Part shown: one piece after another, positions 1-13,133 of the stretch
Layout of the letters: every line of letters starts with the position of its first letter
Numbering within the stretch: the first letter of the stretch is position 1
Assembly: GCA_009103225.1 (NCBI GenBank)
Contig: RHPI01003330.1
Span: 454,845-518,844 of the forward strand
Source: Chlorokybus atmophyticus
Taxonomy: Eukaryota > Plantae > Mesostigma and Chlorokybus algae
Direction: 5' to 3'
Length of the DNA stretch: 64,000 nucleotides
The notes under the pieces: model-generated
The model's database searches: none
What the model was told of the DNA's origin: nothing
The model's input: only the letters and a program-made list of their open reading frames with translations
Translations under genes and position numbers: made by a program

Positions 1-269
1 GTTGTGCCGTGCAAACTCGTCGTATGTCTCCATTGCCAAGATGATCAGGTTTAACAAGATAACCAGCATGACCGCAGTTTGAAAGAAAGACGACTGCACA
101 CCACCACATAGTTGTTGTTAATAAGTATGGGCTGGGCTGAAACTTCACCTTGATTGTGGACAGAACCTTACCTTCACAACCAGGCTGATAAACTCATGGC
201 GCCGAGATCGGTACCGCCTGAGCAATGTGCGCGTCACAGTAGCTGCAAGACTTTACTTTAGTTCATGAC

Positions 270-1573
270 TCATACGCAAACATTCATAACGCGCACGCAG
301 CAGTCGAGTGTGTCAATTGTGGTCCGCCTACAAGATGCGAAATGGGATGAAGGCGCAGGTGCGGGCGGGGGTAACGGTTCCAAGGCAGGTTTGGGAGGAA
401 GCTCCGGGGCTGCTTTGATTGAATGCTGGTCGTGATACCCAGCTTCACGCTTGGCGTACTTGTCGGTAGTGCCAACTGGGTGTACCTTGCTGTTGTTGTT
501 GTCAACAGGGTGCACTTTTGCAAGATTGGGACCGAGCAGGGACCTCCGCACCGGCCTGTCATCGCTGCAGGTCGATAACGTGATGTTGTTAGCCCAAGCA
601 GTACCATTGAAACTTGGACGATCGATTGTGCAACTCGAAGCGCGCTCACGTGCCACTTTCATCTATGCGGCCAAGGCGATGCGGTTGCGGTTGGGTCTGC
701 TGCTGCTGCTGCTGCTGCTGTGTGGACGAAGATGAGGCCTCACTTGCAGACGCCTTTCGTGCTTGAAGCATCTCCCGGATGCGTCTGCGCAAGAGGAAGA
801 AAGCCAAACTAATATGCATACTAGAGTATGATAGAGTATGACTCCAGTTGCTGCAACAACTGTCGCATGATTAACAAGTAATGCACAGAGCACACAGAGC
901 AGCAGGCTTGCGTTCAGTGAATGCGCCATCACATTCCGCGTATGCGTCCGGCTTCAACCTCATTTGTGCCAAACAGCAACAAGGCACACTCATCAACCTC
1001 TCCTGGCTTTGTCACTTACTTGAAGTCGTCACTCTGCTCCATGCGCTTTGTGCCATCCTCATCTTCATGGTTGTGGCGAAAACTTCCCAGGTTGGCGCTG
1101 TCTTCCGACCAACGCTTGCTGCAACAGAACACTTAATGATTACCAAAGCGCATTGTTAACATAGCAAAGCCAACTGTCAAACTCGAGCGCTTGTGTAACG
1201 ACCAAGTACGGTGGCAGCGTTTACTGAACAGCCGTTGAGGGTTTCAATTACGCCTGATGAAGAGTTACCTCCAATATATTCAAGCAGCTCTGACGATTGT
1301 ACATGTATACAGATCTAGTAAAATTATAGGTCTCTCCAAATGTACTCCCCTCAACCACACACAACGCACGCAACGCTGAGGATAACAGCTGGAGGGGCTG
1401 TCTGTCTCACGGACAGCACAGATAATGGCTTACTCTCTGGCTCTAGCGACAACAGTGGGTGACAAGCTCCCCCTCCTGGCAGCGTCGCTGCCACTGGTGC
1501 TCGCACCGCCATCAGCCTCCTCTTGGCGCTGCTTTCTGAACAACGATGGCCTGGGAGGCCCCTCAAGCGGCAT
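270..1573 (-). CDS. Hypothetical low-complexity protein (~225 aa, 4 exons) with Cys-rich C-terminus
   Basis: Four exons join in frame through GT-AG introns: MPLEGPP...RARD|KRWSED...DDFK|RIREML...polyQ...SGT|DDRPV...CCVRVMNVCV*. No family recognised. Confidence 0.6.
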
Positions 1574-1927
1574 CTCAAATAGCACAAGGACAATTTACCC
1601 CGGCACGCCCACCAGCCCAGCCATGCCGCCGCCCGCCCCACTGACTAGCATACGCCCAATGATGGTGAACATGCCTGTGAACTTGCTTGTGACTTGCCTT
1701 TTGTCTCACCAAACTGCTGTCTGAGCTATAAACGCCCGGCGAGCGCATTGCATTGCATAGCATTAGTGCGCGCGCGCCTACGTGCGGCACGTAACGTGCC
1801 CCCTCGCAGCTCAAATCACATAAAGGGCATTGACAATCACACTCATGATTGAGCTGGGTTTGCACCCCAGAAGAACTGGTTGAACTTGACAATGTCGTCG
1901 CACACCCCGTCATGACTCAGCAAGCAC

Positions 1928-2019
1928 AGCCGTATGCTTGTAGTCGGGCCTTGTAGCTCGCTTTACGACGCCCGGCTATAAGCATACGGCTTACAGCGAG
2001 CCAAGGGTAAAGCCGTATG
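1928..2019. repeat. Inverted-repeat/hairpin element in the divergent promoter upstream of APR
   Basis: 1928-1949 pairs with 1970-1991 (22 bp, two G-T wobbles), plus an inner 6-bp stem. 1983-1994 can alternatively pair with ~2007-2019. Confidence 0.75.
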
Positions 2020-2400
2020 GTGGTATGCTTGTACGCATGTTGCACGGCGGATACTTTGGTGCCAAGAACCGTGGCACAGCATGTCACGGAGTGTACCATA
2101 CCTGTCGAGCCATAACATGATAAACTTGGGGCCTAAAACCTTACCCTTAATTTTCCGCTGCGGACGTTTCGCGAGTGTGTGACGCACACGCCTCAGCTGG
2201 TAGGGTCAGCCCATTCACCGGTCATGTCTGGTGGCCTCAGCTCAGATGTCCGGCTTCCGCGCGACAGGTTGTCCGAGATTCTTCCAACTCTGTCCGGAAT
2301 CTCATGCCGCTATTTAACAGCCTTAAGACCAAGCTGCTGGCAGCGGCGGCGGCGGCAGTGACGACGTAAGGTTTAGGGATTGCTGTAGGTGCTGGCGGCG

Positions 2401-4840
2401 ATGGCGTCGGCGTCGGCGGTGTCGGCTCAGTCCGCATACGGTGTGTCGATTGCCGCACCTGCTGCAGCATGCGCTACCACGGCCCGCACTGCAAGCCGCT
2501 CTGTGAAGCAAGCACCTTTTGCTGCTGGTCAGGGTAAGCAAGCAAGCAGTCAGGAAGGCTCGCCCTGTGATGGTTTTGGAGCTGTTTTTCACACTGAGAC
2601 ACCGCTTTGCACGGCAGTACTGGTCAGTTCAGCTGTTAAATGCTGTGTTTCTATGCAGCTTGCGTGCCGCGAAGCTCGTTTGCGGGTGCCTCGCTCTCAG
2701 CTAGCACCTGCAGAAATGCTGGCAGCCGCGCTGTTCAACCCCTGGTCGTCACCGCCGTAGCCACTCCATCAAGTATGTGACAGAACTTGGCTGGCATTGC
2801 ACGGAAGCTCTATTAGTGCACCGATTTTGCAAGTTGCTTCGTGTTACAGCTCGGATGGCTTGCAGAACCACGCTAACAGTTCTCACCAATTCGCAGCCCA
2901 GGTGGATTACGAGCAGATGGCGGCTGAACTTGAGAATGCTTCCCCCCTTCAGATTATGGACCGTGCGCTCAGCATGTTTGGCGATGACATCGCCATCGCC
3001 TTCAGGCAAGTGCAATGCTTGACACTGTCCTTCCACATGCAGCTTGCTAGCTATGTCCGGACCAACAGCGTGTTATCAGCCGCATGTCAGGAGTTAGTAC
3101 TACCACTCTTGATGCCACAGTGTTGTCAACGCCATCTTTGTTTGCAGTGGAGCAGAGGATGTGGTGCTCATCGAGTATGCTCGCATGACTCGGAAACCGT
3201 TCCGTGTTTTTAGCCTGGACACTGGCCGCCTCAACCCTGAGACCTACAGGCTGTTTGATGAGGTGTGTTTTCTGCTCTGTGACCCACTTGAACCCCTGTA
3301 CGTGAGATGCATGATGCGGACTTGTTTTGCAAATTGGAACAGGTGGAAAAGAAGTACAACATTCACATTGAGTACTGCTTCCCTGATGCTGCCGAGACGG
3401 AGGCTATGGTTCGTGCGAAGGGTATGTTCTCGTTCTATGAAGATGGCCATCAGGAGTGCTGCGGCATCCGCAAAGTCCGCCCGCTGAGGAAACAGCTTCG
3501 GACGCTGAAGGCTTGGATTACTGGTCAGAGGAAAGATCAAAGCCCTGGCACCAGGGCTGCTGTCCCAGTGGTTCAGGTATGCGCCATGCTGCATAGTTGC
3601 TGTTAAATTACACAGAGTCGGGCTTTGGTTTCCGTGGAAGTGGGCATGTAGGCTGGATGATGTGCCCTAGATGATGACTGGAGGTTGGATGCAGGTCGAT
3701 CCAGCATTTGAGGGTGTTGATGGTGGCAAGGGTAGCCTTATCAAGTTCAACCCGTTGGCCAACGTTTCAAGCATGGACGTGTGGAATTTCATCAGGATCA
3801 TGGAAGTTCCATACAACAAGCTTCATGAACAGGGTTATGTATCTATTGGTTGTGAGCCTTGCACAAAGGCCGTGCTGCCCGGCCAACACGAGCGGGAAGG
3901 CCGCTGGTGGTGGGAGGAAGCCACTCAGAAGGAGTGTGGACTCCACAAGGTGTGGCTGCATTTGCACATGGATGAATTGCATAGCCATGAACAACAGCAG
4001 TTGCGCTTGAACACCCGCCGTTTGCCATTTGCCCTGTTTGAGTACGTGGCTTCTATTCCTACAATGGCATGTCGTTTGCAAAACACAATGACAATGTGGT
4101 GCAGGGCAACATTGACAAACCTGATGGCGCAAGCGCAACGGCTAGTGCCGCGTCCTCAGAGGCAGACCTATGGACTGATGGTGCAGTCAAGGAGATGTCT
4201 TACGAGGACGTATCTCAGCTAGTCAATGGAGGAGACAGGAAAGAGAACACAATGGTTGTGTTGTACGCGCCGTGGTGCCAGTTTTGCCAGGTAGCATCGG
4301 CAAATCGGGTTGTTGTAGTTTGTAAAGGTGCACTGCGCGCTTGGCTCCAACCGGCTCGCACTGTTTACAGGCAATGGAGTCAGCGTATGCTACAGTAGCC
4401 AAGACACTCAGCAAGACTGGCCAGGTGGTGCTGTATGTGTTCCAAGGCCTGGCCGTACATTTGTGGTTGGATCTCTCATTTGTGGCATGATGCTGGTTGA
4501 CGGTGTATGTGTTAGTCTTGCTCGCTGACAATTTGCATTTCGTCAGGCAGTTGGCAAGTTTCGGGCAGATGGCGAGGTCAAGGAATGGGCAATCAAGAAC
4601 CTTGGTCTAACGACTTTCCCCACGATTGTTATGTTCCCTAAGTCAAGGTAACCAAGCATTCAAGTTTTCTTGCAGTTGAGTGGCTGCGACCCTGTGACTG
4701 TAGAGCTGACATTCGTGTGCAAGGTTGGGCTGATGATGGTGTTGGGCTCTGCGCGCAGTTCGTCTTATGTTACATACGCAACTGATAGGCGAGACGAGCA
4801 GTCACTGGTAGCGTTTGTCAACGCAGTTGAGAGCCGATGA
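2401..4840 (+). CDS. APR: Plastid adenosine 5'-phosphosulfate reductase (Fe-S type) with C-terminal thioredoxin-like domain
   Basis: Transit peptide, then IAFS|[46 protein letters not shown], a Trx-like WCQFC and KFRADG. Spliced model ends with TGA at 4838-4840. Confidence 0.97.
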
Positions 4841-6244
4841 CAGCATGTCATGGCGATGAGTGTGTTGCATTGTGAAGAGTGGTCGCTTGATAGCTTGCAT
4901 CGCTTCATCGTCTCACCTGAGTGACTAGCATGGTCGTAGTAATTTTTGTCTTGGCAGCTTCCTGGGAGTTATCAATTAAATTACAGTTGCTGTGCATGCA
5001 CTTGTACAAACCTTGGGGGTTAACTTGGTGTGGGTATTCATGTAAATCTGGACGGTAATAACTCAGTTGTGCAAGCATCGCCACAATGATGACATTGGGA
5101 AAGGGCAAACATGCTCAGAACATCTTGGAAGAGCAATATGTACTTGAATGTTTTGATACACTGACCAATCAGAATATTGCACTGATAACATAGTCAACTC
5201 ATGGACCATAATCGCCTATATTACGAACTATAATCTGCATGCAATACTAGTGCACTAAGCAGTGCGCTGATTTAGTAGTGCATTGTGGCTCATCACATAT
5301 GCGCTACAAATCACTACGACAGGCTGTGTTCGGTGCCATGACGTCACGAGTTGGAGGTAGATGGTATCGTGCAAACCAATTGTGCCTTGTATTAGATTAT
5401 ACACGTGAGTAAACCCCATCCACGACCACGACATGCCAACTGCTTCGCGCCGGACTACACAGGATCCATCATCATGTTAGAACATGTATGAGCATATGCC
5501 ACGCACGCACATGGTATGTACAATACGCATGTATGAAGCTACAAAAGCAATGTGCAATGTTGTGCGACACACGCCAAGTAACAACACAAGCACGCAAACA
5601 ATGATGAGGGGCCCAGAGCAGCTCTACACCAAAACAACACTAGGTTGAACAGTAGAGCGTAGGGCAGGGCAGAGCAGGGCAAAGGGTAGGGAGCACCATG
5701 TATGCATACCTAACGGGGAGATCTAGAGTAGTGTAGTGTAGTAGGTGAACAAGCAGGAATTGTAGCCCGGTGGTGTATGTGAGCGTGTTTGCATGTTGCA
5801 TGGTATGCTACTGTTTGGCGTCATGTATGTCTCCAACCATCTCGCGCATATCCTGCACATAGCATGCAAGCGCATGTCTAACCCGGTGGCCAAGTTGGTG
5901 AGTGTTTGTTGTAGTAGTGCAATTACATGTGCACGTAAAATTGCACGTATGTAATGCCCTGGTAACTTCAGTACATCATACTCGCACAATTGTTACCGCA
6001 TATTGTCCAGGCCATGAACAGATCATCTAGTCCACTAGCGAGCCTAGTGCGGATGCAGACAGTACCAGCTTAGCCTCAGGAGAAGGCGATTATGCTACCA
6101 GCTTTTACCAGGTTATGATACATATATACACCACAGCCGCCTGCTTGACTGCAGAGCAACCTTCCAGCATCACAAGATTTCCTGACCTAGACATATTAAA
6201 GGATTATGCAGAAGAACGCGCAGCAACCAATGACTGGAGAGACT

Positions 6245-8878
6245 TCATGCACTGCTGGCTGGAGGTTCTGCAGCAGGTCCAACTCGTTGTTCACGCGGGT
6301 GCACATTGACGTAGAGCGGGTGCTTGGGTCTCATGACTATACCCGCAGAGTACTCCATCGGCCCATCCGAGACACCCTTTGCTAGCTCAAAGGTGTACTT
6401 CTGGTACAACCGCACCAAAGCAAGCTTGGCCTCCTGCATTGCAAACTTCCACCTGCGGAAACAATTAGCGAGGTTGGCAGGCACAAGGGCAGGACCTGCA
6501 GTGAATCTGCATGCGAGAATACCCAATGATGCTTACCCGATGCACATCCTGGGCCCTGCTCCAAATGGCAGATACGTGTAGGCGGGACGGTCCTTATCCT
6601 CATCAGAACCAGGCCAGAAACGCTCCGGGCGGAAGGCTTCTGGCTCTGGAAAATACTGCTCAAGATGGTGCATCGCATATATTGCTATCACCACGACACT
6701 GCCAGCAGGGACGGCATAACCACCCAGCTGCGTTGCCTCTATTGCCTGCAAAGACAAACGTTTTGTAAACATGAAAATAGCGCAACCAAGTGGCAATTCT
6801 CAATGCGCGTAAAGATAACTTCAGGGTGTGCCTTCACGCACCTTGCGGATGGCAATAGCGCCTGTTGGGTATAAGCGGAGGGTTTCCTTAACAATACACT
6901 CAACATAGGGGAACTTGTCCAGGTCATCACAGGAAGGGACAGTATCACGCCCAACCTGGTCGATCTCCTCCAGCATCCTGCAGCAGCTCATGTATAAGGT
7001 TGACTGTGCTTGTGTTCAGGCATGCTGAACATCTGCCATGAGTGGGAAGGCTCACCGTTTCTCAACAGCAGGATTCTTGCTTATCAGGTACAGTGCAAAA
7101 GAAAGTGTGTTGGAGGTCGTCTCAAAGCCCGCTTGAATGAACTCAAAAGCCTGTTGCAAGCTGTAAGTCAACAACTGCTCACAAGACTCTATATTGACAC
7201 ATATTCTATGTATACCAGCAGTGCCCTACTTGGGACTGCAGCTCAAGTGTGGAGAATGGTCGGCCCGCATGCTTGTTGGTAGACCGCATCAACATGGTAA
7301 GAAAGTCATTCATGTTCTCTGCATTAGGATCACCACGACGAGCTTCAACAATGCGGCGCGCGACCTCGGCTAGGGTATTTTGCGCACGCAGCACACAGCT
7401 CTCTTGCGACCCTTTGAAGCACCGCATCAAATAGAGCACAGGCCTGGCAGCAGAACAAACCGTTGAGAGACAAAGTGACGCAGCAACTATGTTTCTGCAC
7501 CCGTTGATGGACTAGATGCTTACTTGTACAGGCTTGGTGCAAGAATGCCCACCATCGAGGACAGCGGCGGGTTGCTGTTCAGTGATGCGGAACCCATTAT
7601 CTGTGTTGTGGCATCTGCGAGTTCCATTGCTGCGCCATCCTGAACCGGACAGTGCTTTAAAGCTCCTTGCTTTGTGCCCATGCATCATGAAGTACTAAGC
7701 TGGTTGCATAATTCACTCACCTGTGCGAAGTCAATACCGAAAGCGCATTCCCCTATGACATGCAGCGTCATTTCTTTGAACCACTCTGAGATTGGAACCT
7801 GCACTGCATACAGTGAGCGAGACAACCAGCACAAGTCCAGCACCCGCAAACGCAACGACATACCGGTTTTCTGTCCTCGTCTGCTACCGCAAGCTTCTTT
7901 ACCAACTGGTCAGCTTTGCGATTCATCACTGGCCCATAGTTCGCAAGCTTCTCTGTATGGAACAATGGTAGAACCGCACTCCTCGCACTCTCCCAATACT
8001 TGCCACTGCAACCGTGTGCATGCATTGAGCAAACAACATGCTGTGTCAGCGTGATAGTCATAGTCGTGCTGCTCTAAACATCCACTTGACATACGTGGAG
8101 AGGACAAGACCGAGGAAGGCCATCGGGTTGGCAAGGATAGGCGGGGGCGCGCGATCATGGAAGTTCTTGAAGTTCCGTACGCACACCGTCTTCACCAGCT
8201 CTGGATCTGTTATGCACACCGCGGCGCCTGCGCCTGGACAGTACCGAAACACTGGCCCATACTTCTGTGCCCATTCTCTGCGTAAACGCCTTTCAGTGAG
8301 CATGCGTTGAAACCAACGTTGGAAAACCGCTGCAGATGCCCGCTGCTGTTAGTACTGATGGCAGCTTGCTAAGGCCGCTACCAATGTGCACCTGTCGCAC
8401 CAAGGCATGCGCCAACGCTAACTCACAAACAAGTCACCTCCGGCAAGAGTTCTTTGCGTGCTTCCCCTATCTAATAGCGGCGCAACTGCCCACATGCACG
8501 CATGCATGCATGCGTGCACACATGTGGGCTGCAATTTATATGTTTTTCAACACCTTGCATGTCATATCTACAAATTCAGCACCACATGATGATCTCAGTA
8601 CTGGCAACATTGTTGGTGAACTGAAACTGGGGTACTCACAGATGGCATTCGGGGTATTGCCGTTTGCGCAGCTCGTTCAGGTTCCCAAGTAGCCACTGTA
8701 CAGGAGGGCCGGGCAGGTGTCGGAGCCTCCAGGCGCCTCGCCAGCCGTACGCCCACACCAGCGCCGCCACCACCCCGAGGGCGACTGCCGCCAGCGGCAG
8801 CACCGTGCACATCGCAAAAGACACCGGCAGTAGCACCGTCGCCGCAGCAACCGACCCCGCCGCCGCCACCTCCGCCAT
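6245..8878 (-). CDS. Cytochrome P450, CYP711 clan-like
   Basis: N-terminal TM, RLRHLPGPP hinge, KYGPVFR, I-helix AGFETTSNTLSF, KETLR (ExxR), FRPERF, heme motif PFGAGPRMCIG. Clan assignment is from recalled similarity. The ORF track start at 8908 is TTG; the first ATG is 8878. Confidence 0.92.
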
Positions 8879-9294
8879 CCCTGCCGACAACAAGCACGAC
8901 AATGCCAATGCCGACGTGGCAATTCACTACGTACTATGCGCAGCACTATTGTCCACGTAAAGCCCTAAATCGGATGGTTGAGAACAACCCTTTCGGAAGG
9001 TGGCCCAATGACCGTTGACGCCATAAAGTGCTGCTTGCCCGGTGTTGTCGCCACTGCTTAGCTTACACGTGGCGCAAGGCCTCTGGCGATTGGCTAGACC
9101 AGCATGTGCTGACGTAAAGGTCCTGAGTGAAACTCTGGTTCAAACTACGAGGTGTCGTGTAACCAGCTTAGTTTGACATCTGCTACGTTTGGCGGGGGGA
9201 CGAAGTAGGAAAACTGGCGATATCAGGCAGACGTGCTGGTTAAAGAGGGACGGCGTGCGGTTAGGCTTAACCGAGAAGCCTGGTCAGGTGTAGT

Positions 9295-9371
9295 GCAGCG
9301 TGCTTGGCCTGGCGTCATCGTCGTCGTCATCGCAGCGTGCTTGGCCTGGCGGCGTCGTCGTCGTCGTCATC
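9295..9371 (+). repeat. Tandem duplication (~37-40 bp unit) upstream of ERdj3A
   Basis: GCAGCGTGCTTGGCCTGGCG occurs at 9295 and 9332, each followed by (GTC)n. Confidence 0.85.
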
Positions 9372-9482
9372 GTCGGCGGCGGTGGTGGTCTGGTGGATAT
9401 TGTGGCTAGCCGAGCTGAAGCGTTATTGCCGTGGCTAGAGCGAACCGTTTACTCGTTGGTGGCTTCATAGGACGGGTGGGAT

Positions 9483-12400
9483 ATGCGGCCGGTGTGGAAG
9501 CTGTCGCTGCTGCTGCTGCTGCTGCTGATCGCGCTGAGCGCTTCTATTGCCGCTGCCGGCAAGGACTACTACAAGGCATGCATGCAATCACCTACCCTTC
9601 ATATTTTTTTCAATCACTTGGTCGTCTCGACTTGTGCAAACTGGACTGAAGTCAGATTAGCCATTGGTACATGTGCTACATATGAAGGCGTCCGCCTGTA
9701 GCCTAGATAACTAGACAACTGTTGATCCACTTGTCAATGTAAGGTAACTTTGCGTTGCCGATTCATTGATGTGGACATTGATATGATTGCTGCTCAGACA
9801 GCAATGGATGTTTCAATCCGTTTCGACGCAGGACTTGGTTGTGCGGTACATCATTCGTATATGTTGCACCAAATATGGTCACACGCTTATTCTAATCAGG
9901 CAGTTTGTTGCTTTATACACGCATTTTCTATATCAAGGCGTTGAAGTCTTGCGATGCCAATGCCAATGCCATACCTTATGCATGCGGTGCAGAGCTCTGT
10001 GCGCAGCCCTTCGCTACGCTGTGTGCTCGTGCATTCAGTCCCGCCTTTACAGTGTGTCCCACCATCAGCAAAGTGCAGCACTTGCAACGTGTGCTACAAA
10101 CAGTATGCAGTACTCAAGCGAAGTTTGTGAAGTGCAGGTCTTGGGCGTTGATAAAAGCGCCAGTGACAGTGATCTGAAGAAAGCTTTTCACAGGTGAGCA
10201 TTGTGCAATGCGATTGTTACGATATTGTCAAACGCTCAACTTAACAAACCTTAAGCCAAGCTATTCTTCACTACTCTTTTTAGGCAATCACTCAAGTACC
10301 ACCCCGACAAGAACAAGAGTCCCGGCGCGCAGCGCAAATTCCAAGAGATTGGTGAAGGTATGCGCATGCACGCACAAAATGCATGCACAACATGTTGTAC
10401 AATTTCCATAATCAACCTCATTCGTAGTCAGCATGCGCTTATCTTCAACCCTGATGCTGTTGATGCAGCTTATGAGGTGCTGAAAGACTCTGAGAAGCGC
10501 CAGATATACGATCAGTATGGTGAGGAAGGCTTAAAGGGTGGTGGTCCCGGCGCGGGCGACTTTGGCGGGGCGTACGAGCAAGGCCCGGCGGGCGGCGGGT
10601 TTGGCGGCTTCGGGGGGTTCCCTGGTGGAGGCGCTGGCGGACGCACTTTCACATTCCAGAGCTCTGGGGGAAGTAAGTTGGTGAAGCAACAACTGTGGCA
10701 TTTCACACCACGTGCAAGGTCCTCAGCGGTGGCTGCCGTGTAATAGGTCCGGGTGGAGGCTTTGGTGGGTTTGGCGGCGGCGATGGGGCCAGCTTCTTTG
10801 AGAGGTGAGAGCGTTGCTCCCTCTGTTGTCACCTTGCGTGGCTACTGTATCCATGTGATGTATTTTGCTTCCGCCTTGGTGTTACTTACAGCGCATTTGC
10901 TGGCGCTGCAGGATGTTTGGTGGGGGCTTCGGCGGTTTTGGTGCGAGCGGTGGAGATCAGCAGCCGCCCCGGAGTCAACAGTTTAGAAGCCAAGGTATGG
11001 ATGGTGGCAACACTGCATTGCTGAATGACAACCCATGCTTCGCGTCGTGTACTGAGGTGTGTTGCGGCATGTTATTCCTGTGCAGGTGGCAACCTGTATG
11101 CTGGGTCGAAGGTGGTCACGCCATTGACACACAAGAAGTTTAACAAGGAAGTTGCTGGCTCGGAGACCACGACATGGCTTGTCAAGTTCTATCTCAGCTC
11201 ATGTACGTGGATGCCTTCCAGATTATGTCGTAAGAATGCCAACACTGTGTAGGGGTGCCAACCATGCTGCGTATCAACAGGTGGCCATTGTCGAGCAGCC
11301 AAGCCAGCAGTTGAACAAGTGGCCACGGAGCTCCAAGGCCTCATACGTGTCGGTGTGGTTGATTGTGACGCGCAGCGTGAGTTGTGCCAACAGGTAACGT
11401 GTGATTAAGCCATGTTGCTACAATCTTTAACCAACAGCTTGAACCATCAGTCGTTGATATGTGGTTGTCAACATGCACAGTAGTGTGAAGCGTATGTACA
11501 CCAACATGGGTACACCTCTCTGATGTCGTTGTGACCATTCTGCTGGCTCCTGCAGTATGGCATTGAAGGCGTCCCGCAGTTTGCCATCTTCCCTGCTGGC
11601 AGCAAATCGGCGGATCCTGCGTTCTTCTCCGGAAGCGCGGACTCGTCTGCCCGGCTCAAGAAGTTTGCGCTGAGCCACCTGCCCAACCTGTCAAAACGGG
11701 TGACGGATCGCGCCAGCGTGATCGACGCGCGGCTCAAGGGCGAAGAAGCCTTACGGCAGCCAAGAGTGGTGCTGCTCACGAGCAAAGACCACACGCCGCC
11801 CATGTGGAAAGCCCTCAGCAGCGAGTATCGCAGCCGCGCGGCGTTCTTTGATGTGCTACGCGTGACTGAAGGCAGCGCGCTGGCGAATGCGTTCTCGCTG
11901 CAGTCGATACCGGCTGTTGTCGGCATCTTGCCCAATCAACGCCAGGTATGCAGGGTGTACACTTATTTCATAGCATGGACATCATCATCATCATCGTTGA
12001 CATTGACATGCACACCGCTCAGAGTATTCATGGCTGGTTCAGGTTGCATATGAAGGGGAGTTGGCGCTGCCAGCGTTGAAGTCTTGGCTGGATGCGTTGT
12101 GCAAGCTTGCAGAAGAGGCGCCGCTGGACGAGGTTTACGTGCTGTCGGCTGCCACCGCCGAGGTGAGCATGGTTATGCTAACCACCAATATCATGTTGCA
12201 TTGCTTTGAAGGCCAACTCAAGAATCTGGTGGCAGGCGGCCTGTCCCCCTGACTCTCCACTCTGCATCGTCGCCATCATGCCAAGAGCGAGGCAAAGCAC
12301 AATCGAGTCTGCACGCAGTATCCTCACCGAGGTATGGTATTCAGCGAGGATACAGGCAAACCTGTCACCAACACAGCTTTTCATCAGCTTTTCACCCAGC

Positions 12401-12752
12401 TTCGTAGGACCTCATTGATTGCCTAAAACCTGTGCTTGCAGCTTTTCGTTTGTGCATTGACATATCTTTATTACAACAGGCTTCGCACCAGGCACGGGCG
12501 GGTCAGGGTCCCGTCAAACTATCCGTGCGCTACAGCGTGCTGGACGCGTCGTCGCAGCCGGCATGGGCGCGGGCGTTCGTCGGCAACGACCTGAAGCACA
12601 CCGTCGTGGTGGCGTACAAGCCGCGGAGACTCAAGTTCGCCGTGTCGGACTCTTCCGGCCTGAACGCCCTCGCGCTGGCGGAGTTCGTTGCGGGGGTGCT
12701 CAATGGAGACGTGGCCATGCGGGAGATTGCGGGAGAGCCGCGGCTCGTATGA
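9483..12752 (+). CDS. ERDJ3A: ER DnaJ co-chaperone with thioredoxin-like domains (ERdj3A/TMS1-like)
   Basis: Signal peptide, DYYK|VLGV, HPD motif, YDQYGEEG, G/F-rich linker, Trx fold with spliced CGHC, PPMWKALS, and a C-terminal AYKPRR...FVAGVLNGD matching the recalled ERdj3A layout. Confidence 0.9.
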
Positions 12753-13133
12753 GGTGCGGGGTCAGGCGTGTTTTGAAAGAATTGGTTGGTGGGAACAATT
12801 GCTAGTTGGTGGAAGGGGGGAATCAAGACTAGATGGACACACTGCAGTTAAGACAGTGGTTTTCAACATGACAGCACACTTGGTGTGGTACATGCTTCTT
12901 ACGGTTTTGGCAAAACAGTGTGACCATGCCATATTAGTTATATGAAGCTCTGTCCATGCAACGGACTGCCGATTGCATGCTGTTTGAGTTGGCACCTTGG
13001 GAGCGACTCACCTCATCAAAGATATGCACACCTAGCAACTCGCATCAGCACGCTCCACTGATGGCATGCCACGCCTAGCACTACCACAGTATCTACACAG
13101 GCACGCTATGACAGAAGTTGGTGACATCCAATG

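Noticed and set aside
6010-6270. Exon-like plus-strand segments overlapping the P450 3' end
   Set aside because: The splice phases are incompatible and produce stops; probably 3' UTR.
9060-9120. Possible ERSE/UPRE upstream of ERdj3A
   Set aside because: The CGTGG-ATTGG spacing is 16 nt rather than 9-10, and TGACGTAA is not the consensus.
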